DNA from: an uncultured cyanobacterium
GTDB lineage: Bacteria; Cyanobacteriota; Cyanobacteriia; Cyanobacteriales; CAWCAG01
Assembly: GCA_963793425.1 (NCBI GenBank)
Contig: CAWCAG010000001.1
Coordinates: 32,001 to 96,000 of the forward strand
Reading direction: 5' to 3'
DNA: 64,000 nt
Each line of letters opens with the position of its first letter. Position 1 is the first letter of the stretch. The notes beneath the pieces were generated by a model. It was not told the origin of the DNA, did no database searches, and worked only from the letters and a program-made list of their open reading frames with translations. Below are positions 39,901 to 49,954 of the stretch, one piece after another. The position numbers and the translations under genes were made by a program.

Positions 39901-40450
39901 TTGCTACCCCTAATAAAGCAAAAGTAAGGCGTTGATATTCAATACAAGCGCGGATAAAAGCAAAAAAATCATCAGTACTAAAATTTAAGCTGAGAATACT
40001 ATCAATTTCATCAATAAAAATAACAATTTTGCCCGGTACAGATTCTAATAAAACCTGTTCAATAAACTCGCTTAAACGCTGTACCGGGGGGAGAAATTCT
40101 CTTTCTTTTAGCCAACGTTGCAGTTTGATGCGATCAGCTAATTTAAAATTCATGACTAAGCGTCGCATCACCCCGGCATACCATTGTTCTGGGGTAATAT
40201 CCTGGGAACCAATTTTAGTTAAATCAACAGCCCCACAAGCTACACCTTCTGCTTGCAAGCGGTGCATCGTCCTCACCCGCAAGCTAGTTTTACCCATTTG
40301 TCGCGAATTAAGAACGTAGCAAAATTCCCCTGCTTTTAACCCTTGATATAATTCCTGATCCGCTTGGCGTACCACATAAGTAGGAGCATCTAAATGTAGA
40401 TGTCCACCAACTTTGTAGCTATAATTTAAGGTTCGCTCTTGACTTATCAT
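36920..40450 (-). CDS. AAA_35 ATPase fused to four GAF domains, with no catalytic output domain
   Basis: [16 protein letters not shown] (Walker A), IFIDEID (Walker B), [10 protein letters not shown]; then two tandem GAF pairs ([23 protein letters not shown]...F..DE). Confidence 0.88.
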   Translation of the reverse strand: MISQERTLNYSYKVGGHLHLDAPTYVVRQADQELYQGLKAGEFCYVLNSRQMGKTSLRVRTMHRLQAEGVACGAVDLTKIGSQDITPEQWYAGVMRRLVMNFKLADRIKLQRWLKEREFLPPVQRLSEFIEQVLLESVPGKIVIFIDEIDSILSLNFSTDDFFAFIRACIEYQRLTFALLGVATPSDLIQDKTCTPFNIGRGIELNGFNLAEAQPLAKGLEGKVSQPQEVLEAVLYWTGGQPFLTQKICYLILQEVENEGDVYGRDIARWVEDIVRRRIIDNWEATDDPPHLKTIRDRILRIGQRSGPLLQLYQQILLSAQSATEESNLGEIPAEETPEQMELRLSGLVVKRWLGKKESTPILSIYNRIYAAVFNWNWVNKALANLHADFMQVVAKQEQKLLSMLNFMEGKGFDYILDEILGSITLKMSDLLCVDRINIYLIDEEKSEIWSIIARNQSNYFGSEVEVSANREIVDLVTSLKEMVKVPFGYAQDSNFEKPENVDLQTGYPTYTLLAVPLLNKHNKLVAVVNLINKLEENNHPTESLINRIDREGFNEADQKQFSEYAPELLRIIERCQYCYKLTQRLQASEALTFATRVVSQSSLDSDEVIHNVMNAAKKLMNADRSTLWLLDREADKLWTKILFEDGSVKELEVQVGQGYAGKVAATEEPLNIGFDLYNHIDSETAQETDQKTGYRTCSLLCMPVWSPDGELIGVTQLVNKRKPGNFPTYNPVDWPEAPECFQASFDANSQKYMQIFNSQVGVAIQNAKKFAAMKEQAEGNPQNVVSQTLAMLTQVMESQGFDEVMDSTLRSISQKLGKSVEADRTSIFLLDEERDEFWSIVAQAEGDRSLEIRIPITKGIVGEVAASKKVMNIPYDFYDDPRSLTAKEQDRKNGYRTYSMLNFPLLNEQGDLFAVVQCLNKLKRFSDQNAPLEARIDQEGFTPKDEERFASQVPLIQMILESFRSYHKTARGQRVAAALMAATRSVNQSTLEPEDILKRVMEAAKELINSDRSTLWLLDLRSNELWTKIPFEDGSLKELRIKVGVGYAGSVARTKESLNIPFDLYTHPQSEIAKKTDSKTGYRTCSLLCTPVWNPDGDLIGVTQLVNKKLFGDYAEPYREGNEEIPEYLCTSFDQNDEKYMDIFNSQAGVIIQHAELLAAVKQQEKSLRDNLCRG

Positions 40451-40598
40451 GGGTCATTTATCATTGTTGGCGTTTCGCGTAGTCTGGCGACAATGCTCCG
40501 CAAACGTGTAAACGTTGTCGTATTTACTATGCGTTGCCGTAGGCTAGCCTTGCGCCCTGGCTACATTAAACATTAAACGTTAAACATTTATCAATTAA

Positions 40599-42431
40599 TT
40601 AATTTCCTAGGCGATCACTAAAATATTGACGATATAATTCAAAGCGGGGTGTTACCTCATTTCCTTTTAAGTGGACTAAGCCGAGACTGTGTAACTTAAA
40701 TGCTAGTACAGATTCCAACTCCACGGGTTTTCTCATTGTTACTACTTGACTTAAAGCCAGTGCCAACTCTGGATGTTGTTGTAAGTTCCAAAGGTGGCGA
40801 CGCAAGTGATCTCCATAAATACCTGCTTCTGTAGGAGCAGTTTCTGATAGCTTTTTTAGGCTAAGCTGATGTTTAACTAGATGATAGAGAGCGACCTGTA
40901 CTAGATAGGGATGTCCTCCCACAATATTCATCAACTGTTCCACTTGCTCTGAGTGCCAGTTAAGTCCGTAACGTTGAGCAAGATCAGCCACTTGAGGGTT
41001 AGTAAATTCCCTTAATTCAATGGGTAATCCTACATTAAAGGGGGATTGATTAACATTCAAGGGTAGATATACCTCTGTTGAATGTACTACCACTAACCTC
41101 AGCTTCTCCCAGAGATCGCTGTCACCATAACCATAGCCAGCCTCTTCGTACCAAGCCCTTAAAAGTCCGAAAAAGTCATCGGCTACTTTAGGATATTGAA
41201 AAACTCGGTCAACTTCATCTAAGCCTAAGACTAAAGGGCTATCAGCTTCTGGTAAAAGTAGATCCTCAAAAATGGCCGTGCAGTTATCTTTGCTGCCGTA
41301 GGTATCTGTCCAGTAATCATCTACTTTATAGGGTAAACGCAATTTACGGCAAATTTTAGTACAAAACCAGCGTAGAAGCTGATTGAGGTTGGTGAATACT
41401 CCCTTATCTGCGTGTTGGAAGCTTAAGGGGACGGTACGATAGCCTTGTTCTTTGGCTTGGTAAAGAATTCTGGCCATTAAGGAAGTCTTACCCATTTGGC
41501 GTGGTGCTTTGAGGCGTATTAAAGCCCCTGGTTTAACAATTTCCTGGTAACATTGTTCTTCTCCAGGAACCCTTTTGACATAAAAAGCAGAAGCTAGGCG
41601 TACTTGTCCTTTGGGCAATTCTGGTTCAGCGACAGGTAAAGGAGGAGGAGTAGGAGTAGGGCTGAGATGATAAGTTGGAGTTGCTTCATCAATTAGGGGG
41701 AGACACCATCCCCCCTGACCAGACAAAATATTGCTAATCTCTTGGATAATACCAGGAGTATCTTCTGGCGATCGCCAATCTCTTTGATAAGTCCCTTGAA
41801 GGTATCTACGGAGGTCGTGGTTAAGGGGAACTGTAGGGGGACAGTTGATTCTTACGGTAAGGATAATCGGTTTAGTTTGTAAATCTTTGTCTTTAGCTTG
41901 TCTCAACTCCTCAATTAACATTTCGCTTGTTGCTGCTTGGGGAGAAAGAAGGAGTAAAAAGTAATCACACTGTTCTAATTCTGAATCAATTTGTGCTAAC
42001 CAGTTTTCCTCCGTTAAACCGACACTAGCCCTAAAAGCTTGGTGTCCTGCTGTTTCTAGGGCAGTGGCTAATTGGGTAGCTAGTTCATGATCTGGTTCTT
42101 GGTGCAAATAACTAAGGAATACTCGCTTAATCTTCTGGCTGGTTTCTTCCCTGCCCTCTTCTCCTTCCTCTTCCTGGCGTTTTAAAGCCCGTTCTAAGGC
42201 CCCTCTGATTCTCTTTTTTGTTACCTTTTCCCCCAAAGCATTGGAGAGTTTTTGCCATAATTTATAACCCACATACTTTTCGATGTATTGGGGATTGAGG
42301 GGGTAAATCTCTTCATAGGTTCGTCCTTGGCACGAACCGATAAAGACTTCCCTTTCGAGGTCATTAAGATGTTTACCAACTTTTTGATAAACTAAGCGAT
42401 CTACTAATTCTAAACCTTGATCAAAATCCAT
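40599..42431 (-). CDS. HTH - TIR - AAA_35 ATPase protein
   Basis: N-terminal wHTH (LNDLE...G.TYEEI...LWQKLS.ALGEKVTK); TIR (VFLSY, CDYFLLLLSP, SEMLIEEL); [25 protein letters not shown] at 42431 preferred. Confidence 0.88.
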   Translation of the reverse strand: MDFDQGLELVDRLVYQKVGKHLNDLEREVFIGSCQGRTYEEIYPLNPQYIEKYVGYKLWQKLSNALGEKVTKKRIRGALERALKRQEEEGEEGREETSQKIKRVFLSYLHQEPDHELATQLATALETAGHQAFRASVGLTEENWLAQIDSELEQCDYFLLLLSPQAATSEMLIEELRQAKDKDLQTKPIILTVRINCPPTVPLNHDLRRYLQGTYQRDWRSPEDTPGIIQEISNILSGQGGWCLPLIDEATPTYHLSPTPTPPPLPVAEPELPKGQVRLASAFYVKRVPGEEQCYQEIVKPGALIRLKAPRQMGKTSLMARILYQAKEQGYRTVPLSFQHADKGVFTNLNQLLRWFCTKICRKLRLPYKVDDYWTDTYGSKDNCTAIFEDLLLPEADSPLVLGLDEVDRVFQYPKVADDFFGLLRAWYEEAGYGYGDSDLWEKLRLVVVHSTEVYLPLNVNQSPFNVGLPIELREFTNPQVADLAQRYGLNWHSEQVEQLMNIVGGHPYLVQVALYHLVKHQLSLKKLSETAPTEAGIYGDHLRRHLWNLQQHPELALALSQVVTMRKPVELESVLAFKLHSLGLVHLKGNEVTPRFELYRQYFSDRLGN

Positions 42432-42609
42432 ATATATACTGATAAGACTATGATTGATTTTAATCTGAAATTCAAGATGAGGTAAGGGGTAAAGCAAGAA
42501 TCAAGAGTAAGTTTTCTAGAGTTTTTACTTAAAAAAAATGAACATAATTACTAATTGAATTAAGTGTTTATTCTTGAATTAATATTTTGGTTATCAGATC
42601 CTTTAAAAT

Positions 42610-42625
42610 ACTGATTCAGATCACA
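42610..42625. promoter_or_regulatory. Candidate CRP (SyCRP1-type) binding site
   Basis: ACTGA-TTCAGA-TCACA matches TGTGA-N6-TCACA at 8 of 10 positions, in a divergent promoter region. Confidence 0.4.
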
Positions 42626-42957
42626 GCCAAGATACAGTTAATTATTTATTTTTTAGATATAGACTTTGGGGATATAAGTGCTTTCCTTAAGTTATTTTTT
42701 ATTAAGTAGTAGCTAGTATGGGGTTTTATGAGGTCTGGAATAAAGATGGTTTTTGAGATGATTTTATAGCATTAACAAGAACTAAGAAACTTATGGTATT
42801 TCCTGGTTCTCCTCCCTCAAGTATTTAGTTAAAATTATATAAAGTAAGCAATATTCAATCGTTGTTTAATTAATTAAGAAAAAACTGAAATAGTCAGAAT
42901 CAACTTAGCTATTTCAACTGGATTGAAACAAAAGTAAAGTCCACCAGGTAAACAGAA

Positions 42958-43950
42958 ATGTTTAACTTAACTCAAGAAAGAATCGATAGCTGTGTGCGGC
43001 GTTTGCAAGGTGGTTACTTCCGTATTTACGGTAGTTCCAGGGCTGAATATGCTGAATTAATTGCTAGTGTAGCGAGGATTGGTTTAGACAATATTGCTCG
43101 TAGTGATGCTGCCTATCATGATGTAGATCATACTATTCTTGTTACCTTAGCCGGACAAGAAATATTGCGAGGTAAACACATTCGCGAGGGTAATGTTTCT
43201 TGCGATAATTGGTTCCATTCGATTATTTCTTTGTTATGCCATGATATTGGTTATATAAAAGGAATTTGTCGTCAAGATAACCCTCAAGAAAAGTTGTTTG
43301 TCACAGGGAAAGATAGGGAAGCAATCACCTTAAAACCAGGGGCTACCGACGCGGCTTTGACTGATTACCATGTAGACAGGGGCAAACTATTTGTTGAAGA
43401 GAACTTTTCTGGTTATAAACTAATTGACATAGAAGTTATCAATGAAAACATTGAAATGACTCGTTTTCCTATTCCCCAAGCAGGAAAATATCAACAAACT
43501 AGTACCTATGCAGGCTTAGCTAGGGCGGCTGATTTAATCGGTCAATTGGCAGATCCTCACTACTTGCAAAAAATGCCAGCTTTATTTTACGAGTTCTGGG
43601 AAAATGGTACTAGTGAAAAGCTAGGTCATCACCATCCAGGGGAGTTGCGTTCTGCTTATCCTAACTTCTTCAAAACTGTGGTTAGTCGCTATATTCAAGA
43701 GGCTTTGCATCACTTAGAAGTTACCAGACAAGGGCGAGAAATTATTGCTAGTTTGTATGAAAATGTTTGGGTTGTGGAAAATGAGTTAGAGAACAAAGGT
43801 GGTAACAGTTTGGGGCAACTCCCTCGAACCCTACCTTCTATACCTTCTGTAACCGATGTCGGTTCTATTCCGACCAAAGCTAACTTTTTCTCCAGTCAGG
43901 GCGGGCTGGGAAGCTGGTTGCATAAGTCCTTGCGTATTAGTCATGCCTGA
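42958..43950 (+). CDS. HD-domain metal-dependent phosphohydrolase (Npun_R2479-like)
   Basis: YHDVDH, CHDIGY, YHVDR and RAADLIGQL motifs. Confidence 0.85.
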   Translation: MFNLTQERIDSCVRRLQGGYFRIYGSSRAEYAELIASVARIGLDNIARSDAAYHDVDHTILVTLAGQEILRGKHIREGNVSCDNWFHSIISLLCHDIGYIKGICRQDNPQEKLFVTGKDREAITLKPGATDAALTDYHVDRGKLFVEENFSGYKLIDIEVINENIEMTRFPIPQAGKYQQTSTYAGLARAADLIGQLADPHYLQKMPALFYEFWENGTSEKLGHHHPGELRSAYPNFFKTVVSRYIQEALHHLEVTRQGREIIASLYENVWVVENELENKGGNSLGQLPRTLPSIPSVTDVGSIPTKANFFSSQGGLGSWLHKSLRISHA

Positions 43951-43965
43951 TGGTAAATAACCGTT

Positions 43966-44610
43966 ATGAAGACTACCCTTGATTTCAATCCCCATAAATA
44001 TGGTTTCGCCCTCCATAGTACTAGTCCTCAATTAGGATTAGCCCTCAGTAACTTTACTAATCCCTCTCTATGTCAAACTTTTGCATTGGGGAGGGATTTA
44101 TCATCCCAGCTACATCTACAAATATTAGAGTTTCTCCAGCCCTATTGTTGGCAAGATTTAGCTTTTATCAGCGTGGCGAAAGGCCCTGGTAGCTTTACGA
44201 GTACTCGCATTGGTATGGTGACAGCTCGTACCCTCGCCCAGCAGTTAAATATTCCCCTCTTTGTCTTTTCTAGCCTTGCTGCGATCGCTTGGTTAGAAGC
44301 AGATAAACACTCGCAAAAACCTATTGCCATAGAAATGCCAGCCCGACGCAACCAATTATTTGTCGGTATCTATCAAGCTTCCACCGATGGTTTGGTGCAG
44401 ATATTGCCGGATACCACCACAGAAGCGGCATCATGGCAAAATATTCTTAATGGTTTAGATAGTTATAAATTAATTCAAACCCCAGCTAATCTCGGCTACA
44501 CAGTTACTAGCCTCCTGGAGTTAGCCCTATTAAGTTGGCAACAAGGAAACCAACCCCATTGGCAGAGTGCTTTACCCTTTTACGGCCAACATCCTGTAAG
44601 CAATTGCTAA
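43966..44610 (+). CDS. tsaB: tRNA threonylcarbamoyladenosine biosynthesis protein TsaB
   Basis: GPGSFTSTRIG...ARTLAQQL motif. Confidence 0.92.
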   Translation: MKTTLDFNPHKYGFALHSTSPQLGLALSNFTNPSLCQTFALGRDLSSQLHLQILEFLQPYCWQDLAFISVAKGPGSFTSTRIGMVTARTLAQQLNIPLFVFSSLAAIAWLEADKHSQKPIAIEMPARRNQLFVGIYQASTDGLVQILPDTTTEAASWQNILNGLDSYKLIQTPANLGYTVTSLLELALLSWQQGNQPHWQSALPFYGQHPVSNC

Positions 44611-44630
44611 ACTGTAGAGTAATTCTCTAA

Positions 44631-45197
44631 GTGAAACTCTTTAGTTTTCTTGCTTTTAAGTTGTATCTTTCCTTGCTATCAATACTCAGAAAATTGTGGC
44701 ATACAGTGGCACAATTCCAGTTTGTTTCTTCTCAACCTCCCCCAGGTAAGTCTGGGCTGTTGAGGTATTATCGTTATTGGTTGAAGCGTTTTTCTCGCTT
44801 AAAAGATAGTCCCAGGAGAATTGCACGGGGTTTGGCAGCAGGAGTGTTTACAGGTTGCTTTCCCCTGTTAGGTTTGCAAACTATTTTAGGTATTTTGGTA
44901 GCTTGGTTAATTAGAGGCAATAAAATTGCTGCCGCTGCGGGAACTTGGATTAGCAATCCTTTTACTTATTTTCCTATTTTTACCTTCAATTTTAGTATCG
45001 GTAGAATTATGACCAGGGGAGAAGATTTATCTTTAACTGATGTTCATTGGGAAAACTGGTCAGAGTTATTAGATTTGGGGGCAACTTTTATTGCAACTTT
45101 AATGATTGGGTCTTTGTTAGTGGGTTTAATTGTTTCAATTTGTGCTTATTTTTTGAGTTTGTGGTTGTTGGTTAAGCTGCGAAAATCTGAAGATTAA
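44631..45197 (+). CDS. DUF2062 family membrane protein
   Basis: SP..IARGLA.GVF.G.FP..G.Q and WISNP.T motifs. Start uncertain. Confidence 0.85.
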   Translation: MKLFSFLAFKLYLSLLSILRKLWHTVAQFQFVSSQPPPGKSGLLRYYRYWLKRFSRLKDSPRRIARGLAAGVFTGCFPLLGLQTILGILVAWLIRGNKIAAAAGTWISNPFTYFPIFTFNFSIGRIMTRGEDLSLTDVHWENWSELLDLGATFIATLMIGSLLVGLIVSICAYFLSLWLLVKLRKSED

Positions 45198-45511
45198 ATA
45201 TTATTTGTCATTGATCATCAAACGGATATTCCCAGGTATCTTATCTATCGTAGATAGTAATTTTGCCAAATTTTGAGAAAGTCAAGAAATCATTAAAGCT
45301 GTATTTTGTCAATGGGGGATAAAATTCAGTTCTCAAAAAAATAATTGTAACATAGCTTGTAGCATGGAAAAATCTCTTCACTTGAGCTACTTAATGTAAG
45401 ACAAAGCCCACTATACGGTGGTTTTGCTCGTTTAAAGATTATTTTGGGTACAAAAAACCTACATTATCATTATTTATAAATCTTGATTAATTCTATTACA
45501 AAAGAAACTCC

Positions 45512-45563
45512 TTTCAATGCCTTATTAAATTGTTCTTAACATAACTTTATAAAGGCATTGAAA
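45512..45563. terminator. 12-bp perfect inverted repeat between convergent genes
   Basis: TTTCAATGCCTT-N28-AAGGCATTGAAA. Confidence 0.45.
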
Positions 45564-45706
45564 AAGTGCTAATGTTTAAATTATTTAAACTTTGAACAGA
45601 GAAACAGAAAGTTTTGCTTATTAATATTAGCTGGTGCAAAACTCTCTCCCCATTTCCCTACTCCCCATCAATCCCAACAAGTAAATTAAATGCGGTGACA
45701 GCTTAC

Positions 45707-46120
45707 TTATTGCTTATTACTTATTAGTTGTTCTCCCCCCTGACAACATAGCTTAATCAAATCATCAATCTTTTTTAACTTAGGATCTCCTGCTAAATAA
45801 CCAATACCACGATGTAAATGTAAGCGAAATTGACGGGCGAGAGTTTCTTGATCTGTACCTAAACCATCTTGATAGCAGCGTTGTTTTAAGGCCAAAATAA
45901 AAATATCAGACATTTGCCCAGAAAAGACTTGCCAAGTTAATTCGATATTACTATCAGCAGGAATTGGTATGGGAGAAGGAATGCTTGCCTCAGCCAGGGA
46001 ACGACAAAAGCCCCAGCGACATAAGACATTCCAATGTTCAATTTTAGTAATACGTTTGAGTTTAATTAATTGATCTCTAGCGGTATTTGATAATTTGATG
46101 TTGTTGAGAGGAGGTTTCAT
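45707..46120 (-). CDS. dndE: DNA sulfur modification protein DndE
   Basis: IKLS..A.DQL.KLKR.T.I..WN.LCRW.FC.SL and FRLHLHRGI.YL motifs. Confidence 0.9.
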   Translation of the reverse strand: MKPPLNNIKLSNTARDQLIKLKRITKIEHWNVLCRWGFCRSLAEASIPSPIPIPADSNIELTWQVFSGQMSDIFILALKQRCYQDGLGTDQETLARQFRLHLHRGIGYLAGDPKLKKIDDLIKLCCQGGEQLISNKQ

Positions 46121-46137
46121 TTAAGTAATGGGTAAGC

Positions 46138-46251
46138 TAAGCTGTCAGGTATTTAGATTGTATTGCTAGGGTAGGGGAAACCGGAGCAGTAAAGACATCG
46201 GGAGAAATTTAGTTAAGGCAAAAAATCCCAGTTTAAATGCGTCTTAGCTTG
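46138..46251. mobile_element. MITE-like element with degenerate 23-bp terminal inverted repeats
   Basis: Left TAAGCTGTCAGGTATTTAGATTG versus right (reverse complement) CAAGCTAAGACGCATTTAAACTG, 15 of 23 identical. A related end lies at 45686-45705. Confidence 0.55.
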
Positions 46252-46258
46252 ATGGGTA

Positions 46259-48316
46259 TTAGCTATTTGCCAAACCCAAACGGTCTAATAAAAAAGCATA
46301 CTCAAAAGCTGTTTCTTGCAAAGAGTCATAACGCCCCGATGCACCGCCGTGACCTGCTCCCATGTTGGTTTTGAGCAATAAGAGGTTCTCATCTGTTTTC
46401 ATCTCCCTTAACTTTGCTGTCCATTTGGCTGGTTCCCAATATTTAACGCGAGAATCATTTAATCCGGCGATTATTAACAGATCCGGGTAAGCTTTTGCTT
46501 CTACATTGTCGTAGGGAGAATAGGACTTCATGTAGTCGTAGTAAACTTTATCATTGGGGTTGCCCCATTCTTCCCATTCCATAAAAGATAAAGGTAGGGA
46601 AGTATCCAAAATTGTGGTCACTACATCAACAAAAGGAACACTGGCGATTCCAACTTTGAAAAGATCAGGACGAAGGTTTAACACCGCCCCCATTAATAAT
46701 CCTCCTGCACTACCCCCAGAAATAGCTAGGCGATCGCAACTTGTCCAGTTCTCTGCAATTAAATGTTCAGCGCAGGCAATAAAATCTGTGAAGGTGTTTT
46801 TTTTCTTAAGGAATTTCCCCTCCTCATACCATTTACGGCCCATTTCTCCGCCGCCACGAATATGTGCCAAAGCGCAGACTATGCCCCTATCTAATAAAGA
46901 AAGACGAATGGAAGAAAAGTAAGCCCAGTAAGGATAACCGTAGGAACCATAACCAGTTAGGAAAAGGGGATTTTCACCTTCAGTTTTAATTCCTTTTTTA
47001 TAGACCAAGGAAATAGGAATTTCCGTACCATCTTCAGCAGTGGCAAAAACTCTTTGGGAAGTATATTGGGTAGGATCATAACCACCAAGAACTTCCGTTT
47101 CCTTTTTTAATTCCCTTTTTTTAGTATCAAGGTTGTAATCAAATACTGAAGAGGGAGTAATAAAAGAACTATAACCAAACCGCCAAACATTGGTATCAAA
47201 TTCAGCATTGCTACCTTCATAAACAGCATAGGTAGGTTCAGGAAAACTAAGATAATGTTCTGCCTCAGTAGCAAGTTGGCGAATCCGTACCGCCGGGAGT
47301 CCTGCTTTTCTCTCAAAAATAATCAAATGATTAATAAAAGCACTCACTCCCGAAACCATAGCATCTTCGCTATGGGGAATTACTGTTTGCCAATTCTCTT
47401 TACTAGGGGCCGTTACAGGGGCTACCATTAACTTAAAATTAATCGCTTCATCGTTAGTAACAATATAAAAACGATCGCTGTGGTGTTCGATCTCATATTC
47501 CATCCCTTGCTGGCGAGGATGAATTACCTGAAAAGAACCAGTAGGATGATTAGCATCTAAATAATGGACTTCTGAAGTTATTTTACTATCCAAACTTAAA
47601 ATTAAATAGGCTTCACTGCGGGTTTTGCCAACAGAAAGGAAGTAGGATTCATCCCCTTCTTCATAAACTAAAATATCCTCTTCTACCTTTGTTCCTAAAG
47701 TATGTCGCCATAATTGATAAGGACGGTTAGTACTATCAACTTTGGTATAAAATACAGTGCGGTTATCATTGCCCCAAGCAAAAGAATAATAGGTATCTTG
47801 AATAGACTCAGAATAAACTTTTTTAGTAGTTAAATCTAAAAAGTAAAGGATATATCGTTCTGCACCACTATAATCTACAGAATAAGCAAGAAGTTGGTGA
47901 TTAGGACTAACGCTAACAACCCCTAATTCACAAAACTCTTTCCCTTCTGCTAACTGATTTTGATCAAGAATTATTTCTTCAGGGGCATCCAAATTTCCTT
48001 GTTTGCGGCATTCAATAGAGTAGGGCTTGCCTTCTTCTGTGCGGGAATAATAAAAATATGCTCCTTCACGATAAGGTACAGAAAGATCAGTTTCTTTAAT
48101 CCGCCCCAACATCTCTTTGTAAAGGGTTTGCTGCAATTCAACAGTATGGGCCATCACTTTTTCTGTATAGGCATTCTCCGCCTCCAAATAAGCAATAGTT
48201 TCCGCTTGTTGAGCATGGCGCAACCAAAAGTAATTATCTATCCGTTTGTCACCATGATTTACCAATTCTTCAGGGTGCTTTTTGGCTTGAGGAACTTCTG
48301 CTTTTTGGTTCACCAC
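46259..48316 (-). CDS. ptrB: Oligopeptidase B (S9A family)
   Basis: D.Y.WLR, GYGSYG, GGSAGG, DSRV and GHGG catalytic motifs. Confidence 0.93.
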   Translation of the reverse strand: MVNQKAEVPQAKKHPEELVNHGDKRIDNYFWLRHAQQAETIAYLEAENAYTEKVMAHTVELQQTLYKEMLGRIKETDLSVPYREGAYFYYSRTEEGKPYSIECRKQGNLDAPEEIILDQNQLAEGKEFCELGVVSVSPNHQLLAYSVDYSGAERYILYFLDLTTKKVYSESIQDTYYSFAWGNDNRTVFYTKVDSTNRPYQLWRHTLGTKVEEDILVYEEGDESYFLSVGKTRSEAYLILSLDSKITSEVHYLDANHPTGSFQVIHPRQQGMEYEIEHHSDRFYIVTNDEAINFKLMVAPVTAPSKENWQTVIPHSEDAMVSGVSAFINHLIIFERKAGLPAVRIRQLATEAEHYLSFPEPTYAVYEGSNAEFDTNVWRFGYSSFITPSSVFDYNLDTKKRELKKETEVLGGYDPTQYTSQRVFATAEDGTEIPISLVYKKGIKTEGENPLFLTGYGSYGYPYWAYFSSIRLSLLDRGIVCALAHIRGGGEMGRKWYEEGKFLKKKNTFTDFIACAEHLIAENWTSCDRLAISGGSAGGLLMGAVLNLRPDLFKVGIASVPFVDVVTTILDTSLPLSFMEWEEWGNPNDKVYYDYMKSYSPYDNVEAKAYPDLLIIAGLNDSRVKYWEPAKWTAKLREMKTDENLLLLKTNMGAGHGGASGRYDSLQETAFEYAFLLDRLGLANS

Positions 48317-48424
48317 GGTTATACTACCTCTGCTAATTACCAGTTGTTGAGTTATTAATTCAGTCTACGGCAAAGGCTACGCTGTATGGCTGCCAGCTTC
48401 AGAAAGAAACACTAGAACAAGGAA

Positions 48425-49933
48425 ATGATTAAACAAGCAATTTTATGTGTCGATGACGAACAAATTATTCTCACTAGTCTTAGAGAACAACTTAAACGTC
48501 ACTTCGGGACAAATTATTATGTAGAAGTTGCTAGTAGTGGTGAAGAGGCCCTGGAAATTATGGCAGAATTGCTAGCTGAAGAAGTTGAAATACCTTTAGT
48601 AATTTCTGATGAAATTATGCCTTTTATGAAAGGGGATGAACTTTTAATTAAAATTCATCACCAATATCCTCAAACTTTAAAAATACTTTTAACAGGGCAA
48701 GCTACTACCGAAGCGATTGGCAATGCGGTTAATCAAGCGGCTCTCTATCATTATATTTCTAAACCTTGGCAGGAAACTAATCTTTTGCTAACGGTAGGTG
48801 AAGCCTTAGAACGTTATAATTTACAACAAGAACTAACTAAGCGCAATCAAGAATTAGCTCAACTTAATGCTTCATTGGAACAAAAAGTTAGTGATCGCAC
48901 TCAAGAACTACAAAAAGCCAAAGAAGCTGCTGAAGTCGCCAGCGAAGCAAAAAGTACTTTCATCGCTACAGTAAGTCACGAGTTACGCACCCCCCTCAAT
49001 GCAATTCTGGGCTTTTCTCAAATCCTCAAACGTAGTCCTCAACTTTCTGCCCAAGATCAGGAAAATGTAAATATTATTAGCCGCAGCGGAGAAAATTTAC
49101 TAGCAACGATTAATCAGGTTTTAGATTTTGCTAAAATTGAAGCAGGTAGAATGACTCTCCACCTTAATAGCTTCGATCTTTATTATCTACTTCTTGAAGT
49201 AGATAATATTTTCCATCTTAAAGCATTTAAAAAAGGGCTAGAACTAACTTTTCATTGCCAAGAGCAAGTTCCCCAATATATTAAAACTGATGCTGTCAAA
49301 CTGCGTCAAATTTTATTTAATCTCATTGAAAATGCCATTAAGTTTACTCAAAAAGGGCAAATAACAGTGAGGCTAGAAACTCAACAAGAAAATTCGGACT
49401 ACCTTACTTTAATAGTAGAAGATACTGGGACAGGAATTACACCAAAAGAAATGGATGATCTTTTTGCTCCTTTTATCCAGACACAAACAGGAAGAGAATC
49501 CCAACAAGGAACAGGCTTAGGCTTACCCATAACTCGCCAATATTTGCAATTAATGGGAGGAGATATCATCGTTACTAGTTCCCCCCAAGGTAGCCAGTTT
49601 ACCTGTCAATTCCCTGTTGAAATTGCCAACCCTGAAGAGATTAAAGAAAAACCACAAGAAGCAATAAAGATAGAGCAGGAGAAGCCGATTAAGTTTCCTA
49701 AAAAAATGCTATTAGAGCAATTGGGGCAAATGCCCCAAACTTGGAGAGAAAAACTAAGTAAGGCAACCATATCCGGTTCAGATCACCAGATCCTAGAACT
49801 AGTTAAGCAAATCCCCCCAACCAGCACTCCTTTAGCCGAAACTTTGATAACTTGGACTGAAGATTTTTATTTTGAGCAAATTTTTGACTTACTCCAAGAG
49901 CTAAGAAAATGGGATAATTTCGATCAGACCTAA
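48425..49933 (+). CDS. Hybrid sensor histidine kinase (REC-HisKA-HATPase)
   Basis: CVDDE...ISD..MP...[20 protein letters not shown] and GTGLGL motifs. Confidence 0.92.
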   Translation: MIKQAILCVDDEQIILTSLREQLKRHFGTNYYVEVASSGEEALEIMAELLAEEVEIPLVISDEIMPFMKGDELLIKIHHQYPQTLKILLTGQATTEAIGNAVNQAALYHYISKPWQETNLLLTVGEALERYNLQQELTKRNQELAQLNASLEQKVSDRTQELQKAKEAAEVASEAKSTFIATVSHELRTPLNAILGFSQILKRSPQLSAQDQENVNIISRSGENLLATINQVLDFAKIEAGRMTLHLNSFDLYYLLLEVDNIFHLKAFKKGLELTFHCQEQVPQYIKTDAVKLRQILFNLIENAIKFTQKGQITVRLETQQENSDYLTLIVEDTGTGITPKEMDDLFAPFIQTQTGRESQQGTGLGLPITRQYLQLMGGDIIVTSSPQGSQFTCQFPVEIANPEEIKEKPQEAIKIEQEKPIKFPKKMLLEQLGQMPQTWREKLSKATISGSDHQILELVKQIPPTSTPLAETLITWTEDFYFEQIFDLLQELRKWDNFDQT

Positions 49934-49954
49934 TCTTGAAGCGTGGGGTAGTAA

